NCBI GenBank assembly: GCA_019058315.1
Contig: JAHPZH010000001.1
Span: 1,105,432 to 1,169,431, forward strand
Source of the DNA: Candidatus Helarchaeota archaeon
Lineage (GTDB): Archaea > Asgardarchaeota > Lokiarchaeia > Helarchaeales > RDOG01
Length of the DNA stretch: 64,000 nt
Direction of reading: 5' to 3'
In this document: piece by piece, positions 40,148 through 49,542 of the stretch
How the letters are laid out: each line of letters opens with the position of its first letter
How positions within the stretch are numbered: position 1 is the first letter of the stretch
The notes under the pieces: model-generated
Databases searched by the model: none
What the model saw: only the letters and a program-made list of their open reading frames with translations
What the model was told of the DNA's origin: nothing
Translations under genes and position numbers: made by a program

Positions 40148-40969
40148 TTAAAGATTAATTTCTTTTAACTCGTATTCTGGACCTCCCAAGCCATATTCGG
40201 TAGCGTATTTAATGTATGGGAGGTAATCAATATCTTTATTTTTATATTTGGGCTCAACATCTTTTAATAAACTAAATCCATAGATATCAAGAACTGAAGG
40301 ACTATTACCTGCAAGTAAATATCCTAAATCAACTGCTTTTCCTCCATGTCGGAATTCATTAGCATGAATCATAGTCTGCACTGCATCCATAATAATTAAA
40401 TGAAATCTGGTTTTATCTTTATTCATTAAAAGCCAGTTTGTTTCAGCCATAATCTTCCATGGATTTTTCACGATTTTCATATGCATTTTAATTCGTTCAA
40501 ATTTACTTAGATACCCAACAATCATTTTAAGAGCTCCTGTCATACGAAAATGTGGATGAGATTTAAGAATTGGCAGTGAAATTATAGAATCAGCTTTAAA
40601 AGGAAGAACAGACATTTTAACTTTAAAACCTCGTGGAGATTTGAAAGTCTTCATGGGTTCATTAAATAAAATCTTAAATTGAATGCCATGTTTTTCACAT
40701 AGACGTGTTATTGAAGTATCTTGAACCCTTTTTGACCTTACATCAATACCTTGCCCGTCCCCACAGATTATTTCATGTCCTTTATCTTGAAGATAGGTTA
40801 TGACTGTTTCTAAAATATCGGGATGTGTTGTTGTTGGGTACTCTTCAAATGAAACTTGATTCGGTTTGATAAAAACGGTTCCTTCGATTTGATTCTTAAA
40901 CAGGTCGAGAACTTTTACAGCAAATTCTTTTCTTTTCTCGCTTTTTGAAAAATAAATGATTTCTGTCAT
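40148..40969 (-). CDS. DUF362 family protein (short form)
   Basis: VFIKPN..TTHP, ISLPILKSH..MTGALK, IMDA motifs. Confidence 0.85.
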   Translation of the reverse strand: MTEIIYFSKSEKRKEFAVKVLDLFKNQIEGTVFIKPNQVSFEEYPTTTHPDILETVITYLQDKGHEIICGDGQGIDVRSKRVQDTSITRLCEKHGIQFKILFNEPMKTFKSPRGFKVKMSVLPFKADSIISLPILKSHPHFRMTGALKMIVGYLSKFERIKMHMKIVKNPWKIMAETNWLLMNKDKTRFHLIIMDAVQTMIHANEFRHGGKAVDLGYLLAGNSPSVLDIYGFSLLKDVEPKYKNKDIDYLPYIKYATEYGLGGPEYELKEINL

Positions 40970-41023
40970 AAAAATCAGATTTCATAATTTAATTAAATAA
41001 ACGAAATTGATTTATTAAAATTA

Positions 41024-41203
41024 TTAATCTTCATCCGAGAAATCATCAAAAAATCGAACTCCGCATTTAGGACCAGCGACCATGAATTGTGAGGTAAATT
41101 TGGAATCTAAGCTCTTTGATATATTATTTAAAATTTTCATAATTAAGGTATACCAAGGAAATTTGACTTTATTGGATTTTAATTCAATCATCTCTAACGT
41201 CAT
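41024..41203 (-). CDS. Possible 59-aa small protein or degenerate zinc-ribbon remnant (not in ORF track)
   Basis: ATG-TAA ORF MTLEMIELKSNKVKFPWY...FMVAGPKCGVRFFDDFSDED, co-oriented just upstream of the DUF362 operon. Confidence 0.35.
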   Translation of the reverse strand: MTLEMIELKSNKVKFPWYTLIMKILNNISKSLDSKFTSQFMVAGPKCGVRFFDDFSDED

Positions 41204-41322
41204 TTGATATTTTAATGAAATTTATAGAGATTATACTAATTTCTATATATAATTAAATAATATTGATAAAAGAATTTTATTCAAAATTTTCCAACTTAAA
41301 ATTATAATAGAAGTAATAATAA

Positions 41323-42390
41323 ATGAAAAAGGAATTTAAACTCAAAGCTCCTGGTAGGGTTTGTCTTTTCGGTGAACATCAAGATTATTTAGGACTCCCC
41401 GTCATATCTGCCGCAATCTCTTTGTATATTAATATTAAAGCTAAAAGCAATGATAAAAAGAAATTCAATTTGAATTTTTTAGATCTAAATAAAAGAGAGA
41501 GTATAACTATAAATGGACAGGAACTTGAATACCAAAGTAGTCGAGATTATATAAAAAGCGCATATAATATCCTTTTGAGAAAAGGTTATACTTTCAATCA
41601 AGGTTATAATTGTAAAATTTCTGGTAAAATACCTATGAGTGCTGGAGCAGCGAGTTCTTCTGCTTTAACAGTTGCTTGGGTTGCTTTTTTATTAAATTCA
41701 ATTAAAATTCAATTATCATTAACTGAAATTGCAAGTATTGCCCATGTTGCTGAAGTTGTGGAATTTCAAGAGTCTGGGGGAAACATGGATCATATCACAT
41801 CAGCATTTGGAAATTTGTTATATATAGAAAATAGAGGACAAATCTTTATTGAACATCTAAATGCTAAAATTGAAAAGATTGTATTGGGAGACTCAATGGA
41901 GAAAAAAACTACTGTAGAAGATTTATTTAAAGTTAAAAAACAAGTATTAAAGGGAATAAACGATTTAAAAGAAAATTTTCCAAATTTCGATTTAAATTCA
42001 ACGAAATTAGATGAAGTTGAAGAATATCTCGATAATTCAGAATCTTCAAAAAAGATTTATGCAAATATCGTTAATCGAGATTTAACCCAAGCAGCTAAAA
42101 AATTATTAAAAGATGAGCATTTTGATAAAAAGAAATTAGGAAAGTTATTGAATGAACATCACAATCAATTAAATGAAAATTTAAGAATCTCTTCTAAAAA
42201 AATTAATTCTATGATAGATGCTGCTTTAGATGCTGGAGCTTTAGGTTGTAAAATTAATGGAAGCGGGTTTGGGGGGACAATGTTTGCATACGCCCCTGGA
42301 AACGAAAAAAAAGTTGCAAAAGCAATAGAAAAATGTGGGGAAAAATCATATATCGTAAAAATTGTTGACGGAGTTAATTATAACATTTAA
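41323..42390 (+). CDS. GHMP kinase, galactokinase-like
   Basis: APGRVCLFGEHQDY, PMSAGAASSSA, GGNMD, GCKINGSGFGG. Confidence 0.88.
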   Translation: MKKEFKLKAPGRVCLFGEHQDYLGLPVISAAISLYINIKAKSNDKKKFNLNFLDLNKRESITINGQELEYQSSRDYIKSAYNILLRKGYTFNQGYNCKISGKIPMSAGAASSSALTVAWVAFLLNSIKIQLSLTEIASIAHVAEVVEFQESGGNMDHITSAFGNLLYIENRGQIFIEHLNAKIEKIVLGDSMEKKTTVEDLFKVKKQVLKGINDLKENFPNFDLNSTKLDEVEEYLDNSESSKKIYANIVNRDLTQAAKKLLKDEHFDKKKLGKLLNEHHNQLNENLRISSKKINSMIDAALDAGALGCKINGSGFGGTMFAYAPGNEKKVAKAIEKCGEKSYIVKIVDGVNYNI

Positions 42391-42454
42391 TTTCAAATAT
42401 AAATAATTAAATAAAAGAAGATTAAGCAATAATTAACAATAAAAGTGATCGAAT

Positions 42455-43312
42455 TTGAATAAACTCAAAAAGCTATATGATGAGGATTTTTTACAAGATT
42501 TTTTATTCAAGCTTGTAGGTGAGTTAAAAACCAAAGTAATAGCTGAAGATTTGAGCGAAAATATTACTTCTTACCTCGATAAATTCATTACAGTTAAAAA
42601 AATTACTAAAGTTCAACTTGATGCAATAAATTCTGTCTGTGATTCTTTATTAAAGAATCAAAAAGATAATATTACTTGTCTGAACTTAAAGGCAATTCTC
42701 AATTATTACTTTGAGGATATAGTTAATGCTTTGAGAAGTATTAATAATTCATTAAAAATTAAAAAAGAACAATTTATTGCAAATTATATTATGAGCAATA
42801 TATTGATTGAAAAAGAAAGCTATGGCCTAGCATTGAAATTTATTGACAAAGCTTTATCAATTAAACCTGAATGTCAAACTTGTTTTATCTTAAAGGGAAT
42901 AATTTTACATCATCAAGATAAATTTAATGATGCAATCTCTAATTTTGATAAAGTATTAAATGATTTTGGTCCAAATATTAGTGCAATGGCTCACAAAAGT
43001 CTAGATTTGCGTATTTTGAATAAAATCGATGAAGCTTTAGATTTGAGCGACTCTGTTTTATCTATTGATGAAGATAATTTATTTGCTTTAATTAATAAAG
43101 GTCTAATTTTAGCTAAAAAACAAGAATATGGAGAAGCTATAACTGTATTTAATAAATATGCCGAAAAACGAAGAGATATACGTATACTTACTCATTTAAA
43201 AAATTGTTATCAAAAAATGAATGATCCTAAAAAAGCATTTGAATTTGAAAAGGAAATAACCCAAATAGTTGAAAAGAAACGAAAAAAAACTGAAAAAAGT
43301 AAGAAAGAATAA
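42455..43312 (+). CDS. Tetratricopeptide repeat protein
   Basis: About 34-aa helical repeats (ALKFIDKALSIKPE..KG.IL; ALINKGLIL..YGEA). Confidence 0.85.
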   Translation: MNKLKKLYDEDFLQDFLFKLVGELKTKVIAEDLSENITSYLDKFITVKKITKVQLDAINSVCDSLLKNQKDNITCLNLKAILNYYFEDIVNALRSINNSLKIKKEQFIANYIMSNILIEKESYGLALKFIDKALSIKPECQTCFILKGIILHHQDKFNDAISNFDKVLNDFGPNISAMAHKSLDLRILNKIDEALDLSDSVLSIDEDNLFALINKGLILAKKQEYGEAITVFNKYAEKRRDIRILTHLKNCYQKMNDPKKAFEFEKEITQIVEKKRKKTEKSKKE

Positions 43313-43411
43313 AGTATTTGATAGAGCCAAAACAGAAATTTTAGTCAGAAAATTAAGAAAAAACGATTTAATTCAGTATTTAGGTGTTAAACTCTTCGAT
43401 AAGAATAAGAA

Positions 43412-45031
43412 GTGGAGGATTTTAATATGAATTTTATCGGAAACCTTTCTCGAATTAATGCTCGTAGAAATCCGGACAAAGAAGCGATTGTTGAGATTGA
43501 AACTAATCGACGTTTTACGTGGAAAGAATTCGAAGAGATAACTAACGGTTTTGCTAATTTCTTACTAGATTTTGGATTAAAAAAAGGAGATCGGGTGGCA
43601 CTTTATCTCAATAATTGTGTCGAAATAATCCTCTCCTATTTTTCATTGCCTAAAATTGGCGTGATCGTGACACCCTTAAATTTTCTGGCTGCACTGGAGG
43701 AATTAAAATATTGTATTAATGATAGTAAACCAAGAATTCTAATATATTCACCAGATTATGCAAAAAATGTAGAATTCTTGAAAAGTGAATGCCCATCGAT
43801 TGAACGGTATATACCAGTGAATGATTTTATTAAAATTGCAAAAAAATATCCTGGAACAAGACCAAAAACTAAACCAAAAATAAATATCAGGAAGAACGAC
43901 GTGGCGATTTTTCTTTATACTGGTGGAACGACTGGAAAACCAAAGGCTGTTCAATTGACTCATAATTCAATCATTAATACAGTTGGATATTTTATCTCAA
44001 CTTTATTTGATAATGTAACTCAACAATTTAAAGAACCAGAAATCGAGAATACAACAGATTCGAAGAAAATAATTAGTAAATTTGGAGATCTTGAGGCAGT
44101 AAAGCTATTATCTTCACTTCCAATATTCCATATCGCTGCAACCGGGTCAATATTACTTGCTATCATGTATAGCGCGACAATTGTCATTTTAAAAAAGTTT
44201 TCAGTCAAGAAATTCCTCTCTGCGATTGAAAGAGAGAAAGTTACAATAGCTACCGTAGTTCCAACGATATTACATCGGATTGTTAATCATCCGGATAAAG
44301 ATAAATACGATATTTCATCATTAAGACAAATCGGTTATGGTGCAGCACCAATTTCACCAAAAACGCTTAGAAAATCGTTGGAATTCTTCAAGAACGTTGA
44401 TTTTATTCAAATATTTGGACAAACAGAATCTACCGGAGTTATAACTGGATTGAGCCCCTTAGATCATAAATTAGCTTTAAAAAATCCAGAATTATTGAAA
44501 TCTGCTGGAAGGATTATAAAAGGGATAGAAGTGAAAATCGTTGATGATAATAATAATGAGCTGCCTGAAGGTGAAATTGGAGAAATTTGCATTCGTGGAA
44601 ATAATGTCATGAAAGGTTATTGGGAAAAGGATGGTTTAACCGAAAAGACAGTGGTCGATGGATGGTTATATTCTGGTGATTTGGGAAAATTTGTTGATGG
44701 TTATCTATATATTGTTGGTAGAAAAAAGGACATGGTAATAACTGGCGGTGAAAATGTTTATCCTAAGGAAGTTGAAAATGTGATAATCAGGTATCCAAAA
44801 GTAAATGAAGTTGCAGTTATTGGACTTCCGGATGAAGATTACGGCGAAATAGTCGTTGCTTGCATAGTTCCTAAAGAGGGACAAGATCTGACTGAACAAG
44901 AAATCATCGAATTTACTGGTCAACATCTAGCAGGGTTTAAAAAACCAAAAAGGGTATTTTTTACGAAAAATTTGCCCAAATCTGCTCAAGGAAAAATATT
45001 AAAACGGGTTCTTCGTGAAAAATATCAATAA
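43412..45031 (+). CDS. Long-chain fatty-acid-CoA ligase (ANL superfamily)
   Basis: LYTGGTTGKPK, FGQTE, SGDLG, GRKKDMVITGGENVYP.EVE, GKILK. Confidence 0.94.
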   Translation: MEDFNMNFIGNLSRINARRNPDKEAIVEIETNRRFTWKEFEEITNGFANFLLDFGLKKGDRVALYLNNCVEIILSYFSLPKIGVIVTPLNFLAALEELKYCINDSKPRILIYSPDYAKNVEFLKSECPSIERYIPVNDFIKIAKKYPGTRPKTKPKINIRKNDVAIFLYTGGTTGKPKAVQLTHNSIINTVGYFISTLFDNVTQQFKEPEIENTTDSKKIISKFGDLEAVKLLSSLPIFHIAATGSILLAIMYSATIVILKKFSVKKFLSAIEREKVTIATVVPTILHRIVNHPDKDKYDISSLRQIGYGAAPISPKTLRKSLEFFKNVDFIQIFGQTESTGVITGLSPLDHKLALKNPELLKSAGRIIKGIEVKIVDDNNNELPEGEIGEICIRGNNVMKGYWEKDGLTEKTVVDGWLYSGDLGKFVDGYLYIVGRKKDMVITGGENVYPKEVENVIIRYPKVNEVAVIGLPDEDYGEIVVACIVPKEGQDLTEQEIIEFTGQHLAGFKKPKRVFFTKNLPKSAQGKILKRVLREKYQ

Positions 45032-45071
45032 AATTTATTCAATAATTGATAATAGATTTTATTCTTTAAAT

Positions 45072-45389
45072 TTACTTATTTTTAGATTTTTTCTCCTTTA
45101 ACATATCTTCCTCAAACATTTTATGGATATCTTCTAGAATTTCCTCCTCTTTCTCACCAATTGGCTTATTTGTCATTAAGATTTCAAGTTTTCCGACCCA
45201 ACCACAGTTCTTACATTCATATTTTGCTACTTGGCTACAATGTCCAATCACATCAAGTTGGAAGGGAGTCCATGTAACATTAGGGCTTTTACATCTAGGA
45301 CAAATTCTAATCTCAACATACTTTCCCTCTTCAGCCAGATCATTTAGAATTTTATCTAATTTTTTTATATTTAGTTCGGATGGGTCCAT
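45072..45389 (-). CDS. Small zinc-ribbon protein
   Basis: CPRCKS...YECKNCGW. Confidence 0.75.
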   Translation of the reverse strand: MDPSELNIKKLDKILNDLAEEGKYVEIRICPRCKSPNVTWTPFQLDVIGHCSQVAKYECKNCGWVGKLEILMTNKPIGEKEEEILEDIHKMFEEDMLKEKKSKNK

Positions 45390-45502
45390 TTATTATCACA
45401 ATTTTTTTAAAAATTTGAGTCTACTAATATTACATTTATTTTAAAATTCATAAATAGTTAATTGTATTCGATTTTACTTTGAGATCTAAATTTGTGATCT
45501 AA

Positions 45503-45778
45503 ATGAATAAAGATATTTTATTATTACATCCGAAAGACAATGTCATTACAGTATTAAAAGAAATACCAGAAGGTTCTGAAGTCGAGTTTGAAAGAGAGGG
45601 TAGAAAATTTATTATAAAAGCAAATAAAAAAATACCTATTTATCATAAGATTGCTATTCAAGATTTAAACATCGGAGAATCCGTATATAAATATGGAGAA
45701 GTAATTGGGATTGTAAAAAAGGAAATTAAAAAAGGTGATCATGTACACCGGAGAAATTTAAAAAGTACTTTTGCATAA
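45503..45778 (+). CDS. SAF-domain small subunit of a split UxaA/SuyA-type dehydratase/lyase
   Basis: HPKDNV, IPIYHKIA, KYGEVIG, GDHVH..N. Confidence 0.9.
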   Translation: MNKDILLLHPKDNVITVLKEIPEGSEVEFEREGRKFIIKANKKIPIYHKIAIQDLNIGESVYKYGEVIGIVKKEIKKGDHVHRRNLKSTFA

Positions 45779-45797
45779 TTTACGCGAGGCGGTTTTA

Positions 45798-46994
45798 ATG
45801 GAATTTAAAGGATTTGAACGAGAAAATGGCTTGGTTGGAGTTAGAAATTATGTTATAGTTCTTCCAACAGTTGTATGTAGCAATCAAGTTGCGATTAATA
45901 TAGAACGAAAAGTTGATGGTGTAATTGCACTTCCACATCAATTTGGTTGTGGACATATCGATAATGATTACCAACATTTCTTACGGAGCTTATCAGGATT
46001 AGGCAAAAATCCTAATGTTCATAGCGTTTTAATAGTCGGTCTTGGTTGCGAATCAATCTCAGCTGAAGCATTAACAAAAGAAATTGAAAATACCAATAAA
46101 AGAGTCGAATATTTGAATATCCAAGACCAAGGAACTATTAAAACTACCGAACAAGGTATCAAAATCGTTAAGGAGATGTTAATTGAGAGTCAAAAAGAAA
46201 AACGAAGATCGTTTGACTTATCTAATTTGATACTTGGAACTGAATGTGGTGGATCTGATCCTACGTCTGGTATTGCTGCAAACCCTGCTGTAGGAATTGT
46301 GGCTGATATGATAGTAGAAGCAGGTGGAACAGTAATTTTGCCAGAATTTATCGAATGGATAGGTACAGAACACATTTTAGCAAAACGTGCAATAAATGAA
46401 GAAGTTTCAAAGAAGATCATAGAACCAATTAAAATGTTCTTAAATACAGCGAAAGAAATGGGTGTTGATTTCAAAAAAATTTCTTTAATGGCTCCCGGTA
46501 ATATTAAAGGAGGATTATCCACCATAGAAGAAAAATCGTTAGGAACAATCTGTAAAGGTGGCAAATCTCCAATTCAAGATGTTTTAAAATATGCCGAACC
46601 ACCCCCTAGAAAAGGACTTTATCTAATGTTTGAACCGGGTCTAGATGTAGAAAGTATGACTGGTATGGCGGCTGCAGGCGCACAAATTATTGTGTTTACA
46701 ACAGGTAGAGGTAGTCCTACAGGAAATCCGGTGTGTCCAGTTATTCGAGTTACCGGAAATCCTCAAACATATGAACGAATGAAAGATAATATTGATATAG
46801 ATGCAAGTACAATTATCTCAAGAGGAGAAACCATAGAAACAGTTGGAAAAAAAATATTTAACGAAATAATAGAGGTTGCAAACGGTAAAATTACAATAGC
46901 TGAAAAATTAGGACACCATGAACTTGCATTCTTTCGACCACCATTAACAGGATTTATGTCTGGTGGTCAACAACAAATATCTCAATTCTTTTAA
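45798..46994 (+). CDS. UxaA/GarD/SuyB family dehydratase large subunit
   Basis: GVRNY..PTVVC, HQFGC, GLGCE, ECGGSD, PGNIKGGLSTIEEKSLG, FTTGRG; ATG at 45798 follows GAGG. Confidence 0.9.
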   Translation: MEFKGFERENGLVGVRNYVIVLPTVVCSNQVAINIERKVDGVIALPHQFGCGHIDNDYQHFLRSLSGLGKNPNVHSVLIVGLGCESISAEALTKEIENTNKRVEYLNIQDQGTIKTTEQGIKIVKEMLIESQKEKRRSFDLSNLILGTECGGSDPTSGIAANPAVGIVADMIVEAGGTVILPEFIEWIGTEHILAKRAINEEVSKKIIEPIKMFLNTAKEMGVDFKKISLMAPGNIKGGLSTIEEKSLGTICKGGKSPIQDVLKYAEPPPRKGLYLMFEPGLDVESMTGMAAAGAQIIVFTTGRGSPTGNPVCPVIRVTGNPQTYERMKDNIDIDASTIISRGETIETVGKKIFNEIIEVANGKITIAEKLGHHELAFFRPPLTGFMSGGQQQISQFF

Positions 46995-47005
46995 GATTGT
47001 TTTAA

Positions 47006-48598
47006 TTGACCCAAACAACTTTTTTAGAATTAGCAAAAGTTTGTGAAAAGTTAACAAAAACAACTAAAACACTGGATAAAACCAATATTGTAAGTAATTT
47101 CTTGAATAAACTAGATAAAAATGAAATATCTCCAGCTATTTTTTTAATTATTGGACAAATTTTTTCAGAAACTGATCCTCGTACTCTCGATATTAATTGG
47201 AAAAGTTTGGAACCTGTATTAAAATCATTAAAACAAAAGACCTTATTTCAAGAAAAATTAACAATAACATCAGTCTATAAAATTTTTTCAAAAATTGCTC
47301 TAATTTCAGGTAAGGGGTCTCAACAAAAGAAAAAAGATATTTTGATTTCACTATTTAGTCAAGCTTCATCTTTAGAGAGAAAGTTCTTAATAAGAAATAT
47401 ATTCGGAGAAATGAGACACGGTGTTAAAGAAGGAGTAATGATTAAAGCTATTAGCGAAGCAAGTGGCATAGATTATTCAATAATAAAAAGAGCTTATATG
47501 ATAAATGGTAATATTGGTGAAATTGGAAAAATTGCCATTGGAGATGGAGAAGAAAATATTAAAAAAATATCAATTAGACTATTTCAACCAATAAAACCAA
47601 TGCTTGGAGAAATTACAGAAGATTTAAATGATGCATTTAATAAACACGGCAAAAAAATAGCTTTAGAATACAAATATGATGGTGTTAGAGTTCAAATCCA
47701 TAAATCTGGAAATGTTGTTAAAATTTTTTCTAGGCAATTGAAAGATATTACATCAAATTTTCCTGAACTTGTTAAAAAACTGATGGATAATATTAAAGAT
47801 GACAGCTTAATAATTGAGGGAGAACTAATTGCAATAGATTTTAATGGTCGACCACTTCCATTTCAAGACTTAATGCATCGTTTTAAAAGAATTTATGACA
47901 TTGAAAAGGTAAAAGAGAGTATACCTGTAAAATTACTATTATTTGATGTAATACTTCATAAAGGAGAATCTCTTTTAAACATATCTTACCAAAAACGTTG
48001 GGAAAAATTGGTTAAAATTGCAGAAAATTTAGATTTAGCAAAGAGAATTATTACAGAAAATATTGCTGAAGCAAATAATTTTTATAAAAATGCAATCAGT
48101 GAAGGTCATGAAGGAGTAATGATAAAATCTCTTACAAGTTCTTATCATCCTGGGGAAAGAAAAAACGATTGGCTAAAATTAAAATCAGAGATTCGGTTAG
48201 ATTTGGTTATCTTAGCTGCCGACTGGGGATCAGGAAGGAGACATAAATGGTTATCTAATTATCATCTAGCCGTTATTGACGAAAATGAAGAATTTCAAGT
48301 TATTGGAAAGACATTTAAGGGTTTTAAGGATGTAGAATTTGAAAATATTACCAAAGAATTATTGAAAATAAAAATCAATGAAAATAAATTCACAGTTTTT
48401 GTAGAACCTAAAATTGTTGTTGAAGTAGCATTTAACGAAATCCAAAAAAGTCCGCAATATAAATCGGGTTATGCTCTAAGGTTTGCTAGAATCAAAAGAA
48501 TTCGGAATGATAAGAGTCCTTATGATGCTACTAATATTAATGAAATTAAATTCATTTATAAAAAACAATTTGAAAAAAAGGGAAAATTAGAAATTTAA
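47006..48598 (+). CDS. lig: ATP-dependent DNA ligase
   Basis: EYKYDGVRVQIH (motif I), EGE, FD, EGVMIK, WLKLK, ALRFAR..RNDK; N-terminal DNA-binding domain. Confidence 0.95.
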   Translation: MTQTTFLELAKVCEKLTKTTKTLDKTNIVSNFLNKLDKNEISPAIFLIIGQIFSETDPRTLDINWKSLEPVLKSLKQKTLFQEKLTITSVYKIFSKIALISGKGSQQKKKDILISLFSQASSLERKFLIRNIFGEMRHGVKEGVMIKAISEASGIDYSIIKRAYMINGNIGEIGKIAIGDGEENIKKISIRLFQPIKPMLGEITEDLNDAFNKHGKKIALEYKYDGVRVQIHKSGNVVKIFSRQLKDITSNFPELVKKLMDNIKDDSLIIEGELIAIDFNGRPLPFQDLMHRFKRIYDIEKVKESIPVKLLLFDVILHKGESLLNISYQKRWEKLVKIAENLDLAKRIITENIAEANNFYKNAISEGHEGVMIKSLTSSYHPGERKNDWLKLKSEIRLDLVILAADWGSGRRHKWLSNYHLAVIDENEEFQVIGKTFKGFKDVEFENITKELLKIKINENKFTVFVEPKIVVEVAFNEIQKSPQYKSGYALRFARIKRIRNDKSPYDATNINEIKFIYKKQFEKKGKLEI

Positions 48599-48631
48599 AA
48601 TATATCAAAAAATAAATCTAAAATAGTAATT

Positions 48632-49294
48632 TTATTGTCGTACATTAATAACTTTTATAAATTCTGCCGTTTCCTCTGCATTATCAGTTATATTTTCAAA
48701 AACATTTATCATTTCGTATATTGTGCATGCAACAAAGGGAGAAAATGTTTGTTCTAATGTTAATAATTTTTTCTTGATTTGCATATTGATCTGGTCAACT
48801 TCATGTTCTAATCTATTAATTCTTGCAATACTTTCAAATATTTTTGGTGAGGAGCCACCAAGCTGCTTACCGATGGTCTGATCTAATATCTTTACGCATT
48901 CTAGAGTTGTTTCGCTCATTTCTTTTAATTCTTTACAAATAGGAGTTATAACATCTGATGTTAAAATGCTGAGACGACGTGCAGAAGCATTAGTATTATT
49001 TGCTACACTATCTAATCTCTTAATTAGATGTGCAAGGTCTTCTCTAATACCAGGAGTTAATTCGCCTTTTGTCAAATCAAGCATAACTGTTCTTCGAATT
49101 TCATCAGCTTCGTTTTCTAAATCATTAATTTTTTTAACTAATTTCGGAACTTCTTCAGTTTCACCCTTACAAATTAGCTTTACGACATTATTTAATTCAA
49201 AAGCACAATCGTAGACTTTTTTTGAGTGTAATTGTGTTCCTTTAATTATTTTGGCTTCTCTTCTAGTTCGAAACCAGTCAAGTAATGTTCCCAT
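48632..49294 (-). CDS. DUF47/PhoU-like phosphate transport regulator
   Basis: Duplicated LENEADEIRR..REDL..LD.VA / LEHEVD..ENITDNAE helical motifs. Confidence 0.88.
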   Translation of the reverse strand: MGTLLDWFRTRREAKIIKGTQLHSKKVYDCAFELNNVVKLICKGETEEVPKLVKKINDLENEADEIRRTVMLDLTKGELTPGIREDLAHLIKRLDSVANNTNASARRLSILTSDVITPICKELKEMSETTLECVKILDQTIGKQLGGSSPKIFESIARINRLEHEVDQINMQIKKKLLTLEQTFSPFVACTIYEMINVFENITDNAEETAEFIKVINVRQ

Positions 49295-49542
49295 TTAATC
49301 ACTTTTAGAATTTATAAAAGAAATGTTAAATAATTTATGATTTTAATTTCTATCAAATGTTTTAATTTACTACCTTAAGTACCATAAAAATTTTTTTATT
49401 TAATTAAAGCTTCATTTTGAAATACAATAATAAACCATGGAATAATTCTGTTATTTTAATAGAAAATATATAATTTTAATTATTAAAATTTACCAAGATG
49501 AATTTAATGAAATTTTTTTGATTTAACTATTAATAAAATCAA

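Noticed and set aside
47006-48598. DNA ligase as a marker of a mobile element
   Set aside because: No integrase, transposase, terminal repeats or evident compositional shift nearby.
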